Below, one piece after another: positions 1 through 11,280 of a stretch of 64,000 bases of DNA. The DNA is from Macrostomum lignano. Its lineage: Eukaryota. A program made the position numbers and the translations under genes. Location of the stretch: the NCBI GenBank assembly GCA_002269645.1, contig NIVC01003799.1, forward strand, positions 1 to 64,000. The letters are read 5' to 3'. Within the stretch, counting starts at the first letter, position 1. Every line of letters begins with the position of its first letter. The notes beneath the pieces were generated by a model that saw only the letters and a list, made by a program, of their open reading frames with translations, was not told the DNA's origin and searched no databases.

Positions 1-188
1 TTACCGACTTGCAACTCGTATCCGGGCACCGGCTTGCTGGGATCTGCTGGGGTCTGAATTTCGGTTTGCTTCTTGAAGATTGTCGGCTCATTGTTGACGG
101 CGCATTTGTCGCTGGCTGACAAACCGCAGACTCCGTTGCTGAAGCCGAACGACCTGCCCAGTTGCTTCGGCTGCTCAGAACGGCGCAT
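1..188 (-). CDS. Possible first coding exon of a gene running off the left edge
   Basis: ATG at 188 opens a stop-free frame to the window edge (MRRSEQPKQLGRSFGFSNGVCGLSASDKCAVNNEPTIFKKQTEIQTPADPSKPVPGYELQV...). It is GC-richer than the adjacent DNA and ends in a possible G|GTAA donor at the edge. No family recognised. Confidence 0.3.
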   Translation of the reverse strand, partial: MRRSEQPKQLGRSFGFSNGVCGLSASDKCAVNNEPTIFKKQTEIQTPADPSKPVPGYELQVG

Positions 189-224
189 TTCGATTCGCTT
201 TGAGCAGATACTTTCAGTATTTGA

Positions 225-2119
225 TTGCAGCAGCAGGTGAGGGCCGGTACCGAGTCGAAATATTCTTGTTTGGGTGCAGGTTATGGAATTCCATCGTATA
301 GTGATAGTATAGGTTTTTATCGCCTAGCATCAAATTCGTTAATCACGTGGGACGTGAAATTGAGCAAAAAGTAAGCAAGTTCCGTGAGTTGCGGTAACTC
401 TTTTAATCCCCAGGACGCGTTTACAGACTCCTAGACTGACATGTAGAGAGACAATGACGTATACATGAGCATGTATTTGGCATCAAAAACAGGAAACACT
501 ACGCCTCTCACCTGGAGTAGCAAGAAGCAGCGGACAGAGATTGAGAAGAAGAACCAGTCTGAGCATTCTTGAATCTGTTGCAGCGCTTAGTTATCGTAGA
601 GCGTTTTCGTTGTCCTAGCAGTCCTCGCTCCTCCGGGGCGGCAACACATCCTCAAATTTTATGCATTTTTTGCTATTTATTGTTTTTGCAACTCAGGGCA
701 ACTAAGTTTTCATCCCTCTCATTCAGCCCCACTGTACAGTCGACTGGGGACAAAGTCGGTTTTAAGCGACAAAGTTTTAATATTATTATAGCTGCAGCCA
801 CATTGTTGTGCGCCCCTCCGTATCCATCCACCGCGAGCCTCATAAACAGAATTTATGCAAGTGGCCAGTGCAATCGTCTATTAATTGCCTCAGCAACAAT
901 CATATACTCTAGCTGTAGTGGGCGCTAATTGGATTTTCTGACCATAGCACTACTAGCATGCAAGGCCGGACTATTGCTCATTATGTTTGGAGGCCCGTCA
1001 CACTATTCCTAAAATTAATACTATCTTAAGCGTTTTGCATCGGTTATAGTTATTATGAGGTAGGGCATTGTCGTAAGAAGAACGACAATTTCTACAAGTA
1101 TTACATGCATGTGCTAGGATTATATTACTCAACAAAAAGTTGCAGCAGCAGGTGAGGCCCGTACCGAGTCGAAATATTCTGGTTTGGGTGCAGGTTTTGA
1201 AATTCCATCCGTTTAGCGATTAATACAAGTCAGTTCTTTACACCTGCATGGCATCGAATTCATTAATCATGTGGGACGAGAACTTTGTATAAGCAAGTGT
1301 TGTGAGTTGCGGTAACTCAAACTTCTAGACTGACAAGCAGAGAGACCTACATGTATGACCTAAGCGTTATGTATTCAGCATAAAAACATAAAACACTCCT
1401 GGAGCAGCAAGAAGCAGCGGACAGAGCTTGAGGAGGAACCATTCTGAGCAAATTTCTGCTTCTGCAGTTTTCTGTTATCGTGGAGCGCTTTTCCTAGTGT
1501 GCAGTCCTCGCTACTATGGGCGGCGGCGCATCAAATTTTATGCATTGTTTTTTCTGCTAATTGTTGATTTTGTAACTTGTGGCGACTATAAATTTCGTCC
1601 CTCTCATCCAACTCACTGTACGTAGCTGACTGGGGGGTCTGACTTAAGTTGAGAGTATGGGTTCACTGAAGCAACAGAGTTTAAAAATATGAATACAAAT
1701 GTAGCTGCAGCCACACATTGTCGTGTGTCCCTTCGTATCCATCATTCGTAGCCTCCGCAGCAAATCGCATATACTGTAGTGGACGCTAATTGGGGTTTTC
1801 TGATAAATAGCATAACTCGTAACTACTCGTAGCATGCAGTGACTATATGTAGACGTAGGCTTATTGCATTGTATTAGAGGCAGTCACATTGCTTAAATTC
1901 TTGCTGCTCCAGAAGTGTTATTTGTTTTTACGCTAAATAAATGTTCACGCTTAGGTCACACAAGTACATGTAGGTCTCCTGCGTGTCAGTCTAGCAGTCT
2001 GCAACTCACGACGCTTGTGCTTATACTTTTTGCAAAGTTCACGTCCCCACGTGATTAATGAATTCGATGCCATGCAGGTGTAAAGAACTGACTTGTATTA
2101 ATCGCAAAACGGATGGAAT
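225..2119. repeat. Diverged ~0.75 kb direct duplication plus a partial inverted copy
   Basis: 225-~975 and 1140-~1850 both begin TTGCAGCAGCAGGTGAGG and stay alignable (e.g. GTACCGAGTCGAAATATTCT, GAGTTGCGGTAACTC, AGCTGCAGCCACA, GCTAATTGG). ~1960-2119 is the reverse complement of ~1202-1355. Confidence 0.85.
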
Positions 2120-3572
2120 GGTTTGATATATCGCCTATATTACTTCACGGACTATAAGCGACAATTAAGTAGTCCGTGTATTACTTGAAGTTAATTAATG
2201 CATGTACATGTATGATGAACGACAATTAATTTCTATGCGCATACTAAAAATTGTTAGTAACAAAGAATTTGTTAGTAGCCTTACATTTACTGTATGATGT
2301 AGGCGCGTTGTATAAATTTTCTAAATCTGTTAAAGTCAGTTCAAGGACTACTAAAGTTTGTCCTTGAGTCAGTTCCGCGACAACAGATACAACGAATTCT
2401 ATATCTTAACATATCCTTTTATATATTTTAGCTGATGTGGATGTTTACCGATGTGCCATTCAAATTCATGTATATTAATAAATTCTATTGGAAAATTTAC
2501 AGGCAAGAGTTATGAACCTCTTCCAAATTCTCTTAAAAGGCTCTTCCCAGCTGATTCCTGGATAAAACGTTTAACAACAAAAAGCTATTATCAAAATGTA
2601 AAAAATGTATGTAAATTATTATTTTTTAAATGTATTGTATATTTTTTACATACACGTTGATTTCTTTTGCGACAGATATAGATTTCACGCATAAAAACAA
2701 AATAAATTTATAAAGTAAAATAAAATGTCAATGAAATAAAATATAAAACTACAGCTGCTTTATTTTAGAATGATTTTGTTTTAATATAATGTATATTTTT
2801 AACTAGTTTGACATAGAAAAATTCTAAGAAACAATCGGAGTACTTGCAACACTGGGCACCGGCACTGGCACTGGTAAGTGCAGATTCAGCTTCAGGGTGC
2901 TGTGAATATATTCGTGTACAAATCTTTTATCTTCCTTTTGTGTCCAAAGTGAAATGATTTTAAAAGCCAAGACTAAGTTTGGTCTGTAATTACAATATAG
3001 CTTATTGTACTTGTACGTATCTGTTGTTTCCAAGCTAAGCCTAAGATTTATCAAGGTGTCGCAATTTTTATTCTTATCTTTTTTAAAGTAGCTTTCTATA
3101 TCTATTTAGGTCAAACTTTGTTTTTTATTACCAATATTAAAAAGTTACATATAGGCATTCTAGTCTAATTGTCTAGCTAAACTAACTAATCTAGCTAGAG
3201 AACCCCAATTTTTCAGGATTGATTGCAACTTTTTATAAAAAATATGTTAGCTAATATTTTTAAATGTCTATCAGTTTATTCTTTTATTTAAAATTTTTTA
3301 TACTTTAGTCAAGTAAAAATTTTCTTTTCACTTGTGCATTCAAGATGATTTAGGATAATAATATACCAAGTACACTTATATAATACTGCACAAGCACTTC
3401 ATATCTCAAATCCCTAGAATTAAAACAAAAGTTGAAAAAAATTAATTATTTTAAGAAGGCTTTATCATCTGAAATTTTTACTAGTAGTAAGCTCTGTTAT
3501 GCTTAAAAAATACAATGTACCCAAATTCTACTTTTTGCTTTTCAGTCCAGCTGACATACACAGTGGCAGTCC

Positions 3573-6366
3573 ATGGGCAGCCACCGCTCACTGACAATTG
3601 AGTTTCTGGCCGAGCGCGCCAAGCACCAGGCATCGCGCCGCTGCGCTACTGACGAGCCAAGCCTGGACGAGCAGCTCTGCCGACTGCGCATCGGCTTTGT
3701 TGAATGGCAGTGCAGCTCCCTGCTGCACTCGCTGGCCTCTGGCAACGACTGGTGGACGCTGACGGCCGAGCAGCTGGCCAGAGCTCAGCTGGACAGCGGC
3801 CTGGGCTGCGCCCTCTGCCTCGCTCCGCCGGCAGCCTTGGTTGTGAGGCGCCGGTTCCAGCGGCCCACTGCCGGCTGCTGCCGTGTCTGCGGTCGCCGGG
3901 TCTGTGACGCCTGCTCGACTCACGACCTGCTGCTGTACTGCTCAGACTGCTGCACCAGTGAGGCCCCGGGGCCGCCTGTCTATAACATAAATTCTCTTTT
4001 CTACAAACTCAAGAATCGCCTCTCTACAACTCAAGAATCGCCTCTCTTCAGCTCTAAAATCGCCTCTCTACAACTCAAGAATCGTCTCTCTACAACTCAA
4101 GAATCGCCTCTCAACAACTCAGGAATCACCTGTTCTACAACTCAAGAATCACCTCTCCACAACTCAAGAATCGCCTCTCTACAACTCAAGAATCGCCTCT
4201 CCACAACTCAAGAATCGCCCCGAACCCCCAGGCGAGCTGGGCGCGGACCCGGTGTCGGCCGTGCAGTGGGCGCTGATTGGCCAGCCGGGCTGCCCGGAGG
4301 TCGAGCCGCGGCGCTCCCGTCAGCTGCGGATTTGCCGGCTCTGTCGCGACGGAGCCGTCGAGATGATGCGGCGGGCCACAGCCGAGGCTGCCGACCCGTC
4401 GGCTGAGCTGGTCGAACTGTACAAGGTTGGGGTTTTCTGGGGAGCCTCGGTTCTGGGATTTGATGGAGTTTGGATTCTGGGATTTGATGGAGCTTGGATT
4501 CTGGGATTTGAGGGAGTTTGGATTCTGGGATTTGAGGGAGTCTGGATTCTGGGATTTGATGGAGCTTGGATTCTGGGATTTGAGGGAGTTTGGATTCTGG
4601 GATTTGATGGAGTCTGGATTCTGGGATTTGATGGAGCTTGGATTCTGGGATTTGAGGGAGTTTGGATTCTGGGATTTGAGGGAGTTTGGATTCTGGGATT
4701 TGATGGAGTTTGGATTCTGGAATTTGAAGTATCAAGATCCGATCTGTGTGATCAACCTTCGATTTTGGGATTCGAGCGATCGATCCCCAGTTTTAGAATT
4801 TAAATTCATCGACAATGAAAGTGAATAGCGAATGATTCCAACTTGCTACTAACAGTAGGGTATCGATTTTTAACCAAAAACACTTCGCAGGGCCACCGTC
4901 GTCTGGCGGCCGACCTGACAGCGCGCTGGTCTGCTGTCGCGTCACTCTCGGCGCCGCTGCTCGAGCCGCGCCAGCGGGGCGCCGATTTGAGCAGCGCCAA
5001 TCTGCGCCGATTAGCAAAATCCCTGAGCGACCTGTCAGCCCTGTTAGACGATTATCACGTCTACATGGAGGGCGTCCGGACAGCCTCCGGCCTCGCCCAG
5101 CATCCGTCCGAGTCGGTCAGGCGATGCCACACCGCCATGCGCGCCTGCTTCGCTTCCGGCTACGCCGATTGGCGCGCCAAAGTCAGACGAATTCGCGCCG
5201 ACCTGGACTGCCTGCTGCCCGCCGACTGCATCACCCAGCTGGCCCGTCTGGCTGATCGGGACGCCCTGCAGGTGAGGCTTGAGGGAGTTCCGGTTGCTTT
5301 CGGTCGCTTCCGGTCGCTTTCTGTCGCTTTTGGCCCCTTCATGTCGCTTCTGGTTGCTTCCTGCCGCTTCTGGTTGCTTCCTGCCGCTTCCGGTCGCTTT
5401 CTGTCGCTTTTGGCCCCTTCATGTCGCTTCTGGTTGCTTTATGCCGCTTCCGGTTGCTTCCTGCCGCTTCCGGTTGCTTCCTGCCGCTTCCGGTTGCTTC
5501 CTGCCGCTTCCGGTTGCTTCCTGCCGCTTCCGGTTGCTTCCTGCCGCTTCCGGTTGCTTCCTGCCGCTTCTGGTTGCTTCCTGCCGTTTCCGGTTGCTTC
5601 CTGCCGCTTCTGGTTGCTTCCTGCCGTTTCCGGTTGCTTCCTGCCGCTTCTGGTTGCTTCCCGCTGTTTACAGTTGCTTTCTGTCGCTTTTGGTCTCTTC
5701 ATGTCGCTTCCGGTTGCTTCCTGTCTCTTCCGGTGCTTCGTGTTGCTTCCGACTGGTTTTGTTTCACTCTCGGCTGCTACCTATCAGTTCTGGTTCTTTT
5801 CTGTCACGGTCGCTTTCATTTCCTTTCTAGTCGCTTTGAGTCACTTCCAGTTGTTTTCTGTTACTTCTGGTAGCTCCAAGTCACTTCCAATAGCTCTCTT
5901 TGTCTCACCTCCGGTTGCTTCCGGTCAATCGCGCAACCAAGCAAACCTCAACCTACCAGCTCTATCTGTTTTCATAAACTCCCCATCCTCACAGGCGGTG
6001 CACCTGCAGGCTAGCCAGCTGGTCTACGAGATTCTCCATCGTCAGCGCCGCCAGCCGCAGGTGGCCGAGTTCGCGCCGCCGTTGATCCGCCTCTGCCAGA
6101 GCCTCGAGGACGAGCTCCGGCCGACGTCCGACGACTGGGAGGCCGACAGCCGCGCCGGGCAGCTCCTCATCAAGGAGCGCCTGCTCCGCCGCCCGCTGCT
6201 CGGCGCCGCTGCTGGACTCGACGAGCTCCGGGCTCGGCTGGCCCGCCGGCTGTCCTTCCTGGCCGAGCAGCTGGAGGAGCGCTGCTCCGGCCGGGCCGCC
6301 CCTGGCGTCAAACTGGCGCTGCAGCAGACGCTGGACGGCCTGCTGAGCGGGCAGGCGGCCGAGTAG
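3573..6366 (+). CDS. Rabenosyn-5-like protein with a split, degenerate FYVE-type zinc finger (4 exons, ~443 aa)
   Basis: Exons 3573-3957, 4232-4425, 4891-5271, 5995-6366; all GT-AG with matching phases (1,0,0). Cys pairs CALC, CRVC, CDAC, then a long insert and RICRLC, followed by a helical region (ELVELYK...HPSESVRRCHTAM) like the segment after the rabenosyn FYVE. Family call is from recalled similarity only. Confidence 0.6.
3995..4220. repeat. 22-bp minisatellite in FYVE-gene intron 1
   Basis: Tandem CTCTCTACAACTCAAGAATCGC units ending just before the AG at 4230-4231. Confidence 0.9.
4448..4735. repeat. 24-bp minisatellite in FYVE-gene intron 2
   Basis: Tandem TTCTGGGATTTGA(T/G)GGAG(T/C)TTGGA units; these explain the repetitive ORFs at 4208-4828. 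Confidence 0.95.
5290..5750. repeat. 20-bp minisatellite in FYVE-gene intron 3
   Basis: Tandem CCGGTTGCTTCCTGCCGCTT units. Confidence 0.95.
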
Positions 6367-6588
6367 CAGGCGTCGCCCCGTCTGACTTCTATCGGGCCAA
6401 AGTGTACCCGGGTTCGATTCCTCGCGTGGTTTTTTTGATTCGGGTTCTGTACAGCTCACGCCCTTGATGGCCAGCCTCGAAACTCAGCTGTTGCTAAGGA
6501 AAACTTTTTTTGGGGGGTGCAACTTCAACTGAATGGTCCAAAAAAACTTAGCCCCCCCAAGGCACAGAGTGCCAATGGGAGTCAGGGC

Positions 6589-6890
6589 CGCTGTACACCC
6601 TGTGTGAGCCCGCTGTACACCCTGTGTGAGCCCACTGTACACCCTGTGTGAGCCCGCTGTACACCCTGTGTGAGCCCATTGTACACCCTGTGTGAGTCCA
6701 CTGTACACCCTGTGTGAGCCCACTGTACACCCTGTGTGAGCCCGCTGTACACCCTGTGTGAGCCCATTGTACACCCTGTGTGAGTCCACTGTACACCCTG
6801 TGTGAGCCCACTGTACACCCTGTGTGAGCCCGCTGTACACCCTGTGTGAGCCCGCTGTACACCCTGTGTGAGCTCGCTGTATCAACCTGT
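6589..6890. repeat. 22-bp minisatellite (same family as 11368-11730)
   Basis: Tandem GCTGTACACCCTGTGTGAGCCC units. Confidence 0.95.
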
Positions 6891-7362
6891 GTGATGAGCC
6901 CGCTTGATTTGCGGCAACGCTCACAGCTCTCCCACACGCGATCAAGGCAACTTACTAACAGGGGTGGGCGGTCAAGTGACCCTCTATTTCTGCTTAATTT
7001 TTAACTTTGATCGCGTGCTCAGTATGTCACCATTGTTAGGGAGTAACGCTGATTTCTCAAAAAACTTCTGTAAACTTGCCGCATTCATCTGATTTGGAAT
7101 CGGCTTCTCACAAAAACGTGACAGTATTTTATTCTCGTCCAAATCGAAGTTAATTATCCACTCAATTTTTACTGTTGTTTTATACGGGCTAAGTTAAATA
7201 AATCAGCGTCTTTCCAGTGCAAGTACACTCGTTATTTTAGCATGAATATCAAGTGATATCCAGTTTCAGATTTTATTCTTGTTTTCTTACTGTTAGTATA
7301 CTTTTTTTAAGGTTTTAAAGGCTTTAAATTGATTTTAGTTACTATAAAATTCGTAATTTAAG

Positions 7363-8694
7363 GCCGATGACGTCACTGCTGATGACGTCACCGCTGATGA
7401 CGTCACTACAAAAGTTGTGCCGGGAAGTGATTGGGACGAAGCGGAGGAGCGATTGAAACTTGCCGAAGTGATTAGACAGCACGGATTGGTTCCGGTCAAC
7501 AATGACCTCGAGGTTAGTCACGTGACTGCTATGCTGTGCATCGGTGAGTCTGACTTTACAGGCTGACTTTAAGATTTTGAGCTTAGAGCATCAAGACTCG
7601 CTCAGTTTATGATTGCTCGACCCTAATGCCTGACTCACTTTTAATCTAACCTCACTGCTTTTTAATGGCCTAATTCTTGACTCGCTTGCCTTACCGACCC
7701 AATCCTTAAGGTACTAACTGCCTATTGACCTACTTGACTCCTTGACCCACTGACTGCTCACTGATTCACTTGGTCAAATCCTCGACCTACTTATTGATTT
7801 CTCACCGTCCCACTTGACGCAACACTTGACCCATTGATTGCACTGACCCACTTGACCCAATCCTTGACCTACTGATTGTTCACCGACCCACTGACCCACT
7901 TGACCCAATCCTTGACCCATTGACTATTCACCGACTCACTGACCCACTTGACCCACTGACTGTTCACCGACCCACTGACCCACTTGACTCAATCCTTGAC
8001 CCACTGACTGTTCACCGACCCACTGACCCACTTGACCTAATCCTTGACCGACTGACTATTCACCGACCCACTGACCCACTTGAACCAATTCTTGATCCAC
8101 TGACTGTTCACCGACCCACTGACCCACTTGACCCACTCCTTGACCCACTGACCCACTTGACCCAATCCTTGACCCACTGACTATTCACCGACCTACTGAC
8201 CCACTTGACCCAATCCTTGACCCACTGACTGTTCACCGACCCACTGACCCACTTGACCCAATCCTTGACCAGGCTCTCGCTACGTCGCCAAGGACTTGGC
8301 CACCCTGGAGGCGCACGGTGTCAAAGCCATCGTCAATTTGACGCCAGACGTGCCGAACTACTTCGCCGACAAGTTCGAGTACCTCCGGCTCAGCGTCGAG
8401 GACTCGCCGTCGACCGACCTGCGCCGGGAGCTGCCGGCCCTGTGCGAGTTTGTCGACGCCCAGCTGCGCCGCGGCAGTCGAGTGCTGCTGCACTGCCACG
8501 CCGGCATCTCTCGGGCGCCGTCGTTTACCGTCGCCTACCTGACGGCCGGCCGCGGCATGAACCTCGCCGACGCCTGCGCGCTGCTGCTCAGGTCGAGGAG
8601 TCACGTCAATTTGACGAACTTCGAATCCCAGCTGGCCTTGTTGGAGAGGGAGAGGCTGCTGGACTCGGCTGGGCGCGGGGGTCTGGATGAGTGA
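7363..8694 (+). CDS. DUSP19-like: Atypical dual-specificity protein phosphatase (5' end unresolved)
   Basis: Exons 7363-7543 (G|GTGAGT donor, phase 1) and 8273-8694 join to give EVSHVTAMLCIGSRYVAKDLATLEAHGVKAIVNL...VEDSPSTD...LLHCHAGISRAP. Has an intact CX5R catalytic loop and general-acid Asp, and no rhodanese domain is seen. No upstream ATG exon was identified. Confidence 0.85.
7730..8270. repeat. ~48-bp degenerate minisatellite in DUSP intron
   Basis: CACTGACTGTTCACCGACCCACTGACCCACTTGACCCAATCCTTGACC units running directly into the acceptor AG at 8271-8272. Confidence 0.9.
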
Positions 8695-8704
8695 CACTGC
8701 GATC

Positions 8705-8745
8705 GGGGTGTGATTGACTGAGTTGGGTGATTATTGATTGGTTGT

Positions 8746-8776
<31 letters not shown>

Positions 8777-9120
8777 GTTGATTGGTCGATTAGTTGGTTG
8801 ATCGATTAGTTGATTGATCGGTTGATTGATTGGTTGATTGTTTGATTGGATGATTGATTGATTGATTGGTTGATTGGTTGATTGGTCGATTAGTTGGTTG
8901 ATCGATTAGTTGATTGATCGGTTGATTGATTGGTTGATTGTTTGATTGGATGATTGATTGATTGATTGGTTGTTTGATTGGCTAATTGATTGATTGATTG
9001 GTTGATTGATTGATTGGTTGATTGGTTGATTGGTTGATTTATTGGTTGTTTGATTGGCTAATTGATTGATTGATTGGTTGATTGATTAGTGGGTTTTTTG
9101 ATTGGCTGATTGATTTATTA
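8705..9120. repeat. (GATT/GGTT)n compound microsatellite just 3' of the DUSP stop
   Basis: Seen directly in the sequence. Confidence 0.9.
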
Positions 9121-9564
9121 ACTTATTGGTCGTATCATAGATTGAATTGTTTATTTGAAAAGTTGGCTGACTTGTTTGTTATTAATCAGCCTAATATTTT
9201 ACTTATTTTGTGACACAGGTAACTATTAATGCACAATTCAGTGATAATTGCATCAAGTCAGCTTGCAGTACTGTATTTTCATTCACAGGCATCCATAGCT
9301 GTTTGCGGCATGCCAACTACTTTAATATTTCATATACAAATAAACAAAGGCCTGCAGTGTGTAGATAGATAACTTTTTGCTGAGTCATCGATCGGTTGCG
9401 AATTCGCGTAGCATTTTTTTCATCAACACGCAGTTTTCAAATCGAAGTTTCGTTTTTCGTTTTTTCTGTTTATTTATTTTAGCATCCATGCCATAACTGA
9501 TGGAGCTGGCAGCCACAGCTTCTCTGAGCTCATATTCTGGGACTCTGTCCAAAGTTTAAATTAA

Positions 9565-10710
9565 TGAAATTCGGAATGAGCAACTATGAAATTCAGAATC
9601 AGAATCTATGAAATTCGGAATGAGAATCTATGAAATTCAGAATCAGAATCAATGAAATTCGGAATGAGAATCCATTAAATTCGGAATCAGAATCTATGAA
9701 ATTTGGAATGAGAATCAACGAAATTCGGAATGAGAATCAATGAGATTCAGAATCAGAATCAATAATAAAATTCGGAATGAGAATCAATAAAATTCGGAAT
9801 GAGAATCCATTAAATTCGGAATCAGAATCTATGAAATTCGGAATAAGAATCAATAAAATTCGGAATCAGAATCAATGAGATTCAGAATCAGAATCTATGA
9901 AATTCGGAATGAGAATCAAACAGATTCAGAATCAGAATCAATGAAACTCGGAATCAGAATCAATGAAATTCGGAATCAGAATCTATGAGATTCAGAATCA
10001 GAATCTATGAGATTCAGAATCAATAAAATTCGGAATCAGAATCAATGAAATTCAGAATCAGAATCAATGAGATTCAGAATCAGAATCTATGAAATTCGGA
10101 ATGAGAATCAATGAGATTCAGAATCAGAATCTATGAAATTCGGAATGAGAATCAATGAGATTCAGAATCAGAATCTATGAAATTCGGAATGAGAATCAAT
10201 GAGATTCAGAATCAGAATCGATGGAATCCAGAACCAGAATCAATAAAATTCGAAATCGGTATCAATGAAATTCGGAATGAGAATCAATGAAACTCGGAAT
10301 GAGAATCAATGAGATTCAGAATCAGAATCAATGAAATTCGGAATGAGAATCAATGAAATTCGGAATCAGAATCAAAGAAATTCGGAATCAGAATCAATGA
10401 AATTCGGAATGAGAATCAATGAGATTCAGAATCAGAATCAATGAAACTCGGAATGAGAATCAATGAGATTCAGAATCAGAATCTATGAAATTCGGAATCA
10501 GAATCTATGAAATTCGGAATCAGAATCAATGCGATTCAGAATCAGAATCTATGAAATTCGGAATCAGAATCAATGCGATTCAGAATCAGAATCTATGAAA
10601 TTTGGAATCAGAATCAATGAGATTAAGAATCAGAATCAATGAAATTCGGAATGAGAATCAATGAAATTCGGAATGAGAATCAATGAAATTCGGAATGAGA
10701 ATCAATTTCA
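9565..10710. repeat. ~22-bp AT-rich minisatellite, ~1.1 kb
   Basis: Variants of GAAATTCGGAATGAGAATCAAT / GAGATTCAGAATCAGAATCTAT. Confidence 0.95.
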
Positions 10711-11280
10711 CCCAATCAGATCCAAGGTAATTTAAATCTAAGACAGTGACGTCACCCAAATTTAATACACCGAACACAGGGTTTCTCTTTATTCCAACTC
10801 GAAATTTCCCAGTGGGAGCCGCGTATTCGGAATAAGAATTCGGCCATAAAATTTCTCGAGTCCCCAAAAACTGCGGACCCCGGGGGAATCAGTTTCCGAT
10901 TGAAGTCCGCGCTGGTCAATCAAAACTGCCGTATTCCTGGAAACAAAAGTGCAATCAACGCCCTCAACAAGAGGCTGCGCAGGGCTGCAGCTCCAGCTGA
11001 GTTGGGGGGGGGGTCTGCAGGATGGAGACTCTCTTGGAGATTTAATAATTCATTCTGTTGACTGCCTCAGTTGCTAAGGATTTTAATTATTAAAGACAGC
11101 GCTATCCCCTTCCCCAAGTTCTTAGATCCCAAATCCCCGGGCACATTCATGGCTGTCCTCATCTGCAGCACCCTGTCATCAGTTCTCTGAGGAGGGATTT
11201 CGGTAACTGGGAGATTTTCCGCTGACTCTTCCGACCGAATTTTTGATCAGCTGATTGCTGAGAGCCGTCAGACCCGACAA

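Noticed and set aside
569-3054. Short ORFs in the AT-rich left region as transposase fragments
   Set aside because: No DDE, RT or helicase motifs; the ORFs are short and not preserved between the duplicated copies.
9565-10710. Heat-shock element array (many GAA/TTC triplets)
   Set aside because: GAA and TTC are separated by 1 nt rather than the 2 nt required for nGAAnnTTCn.
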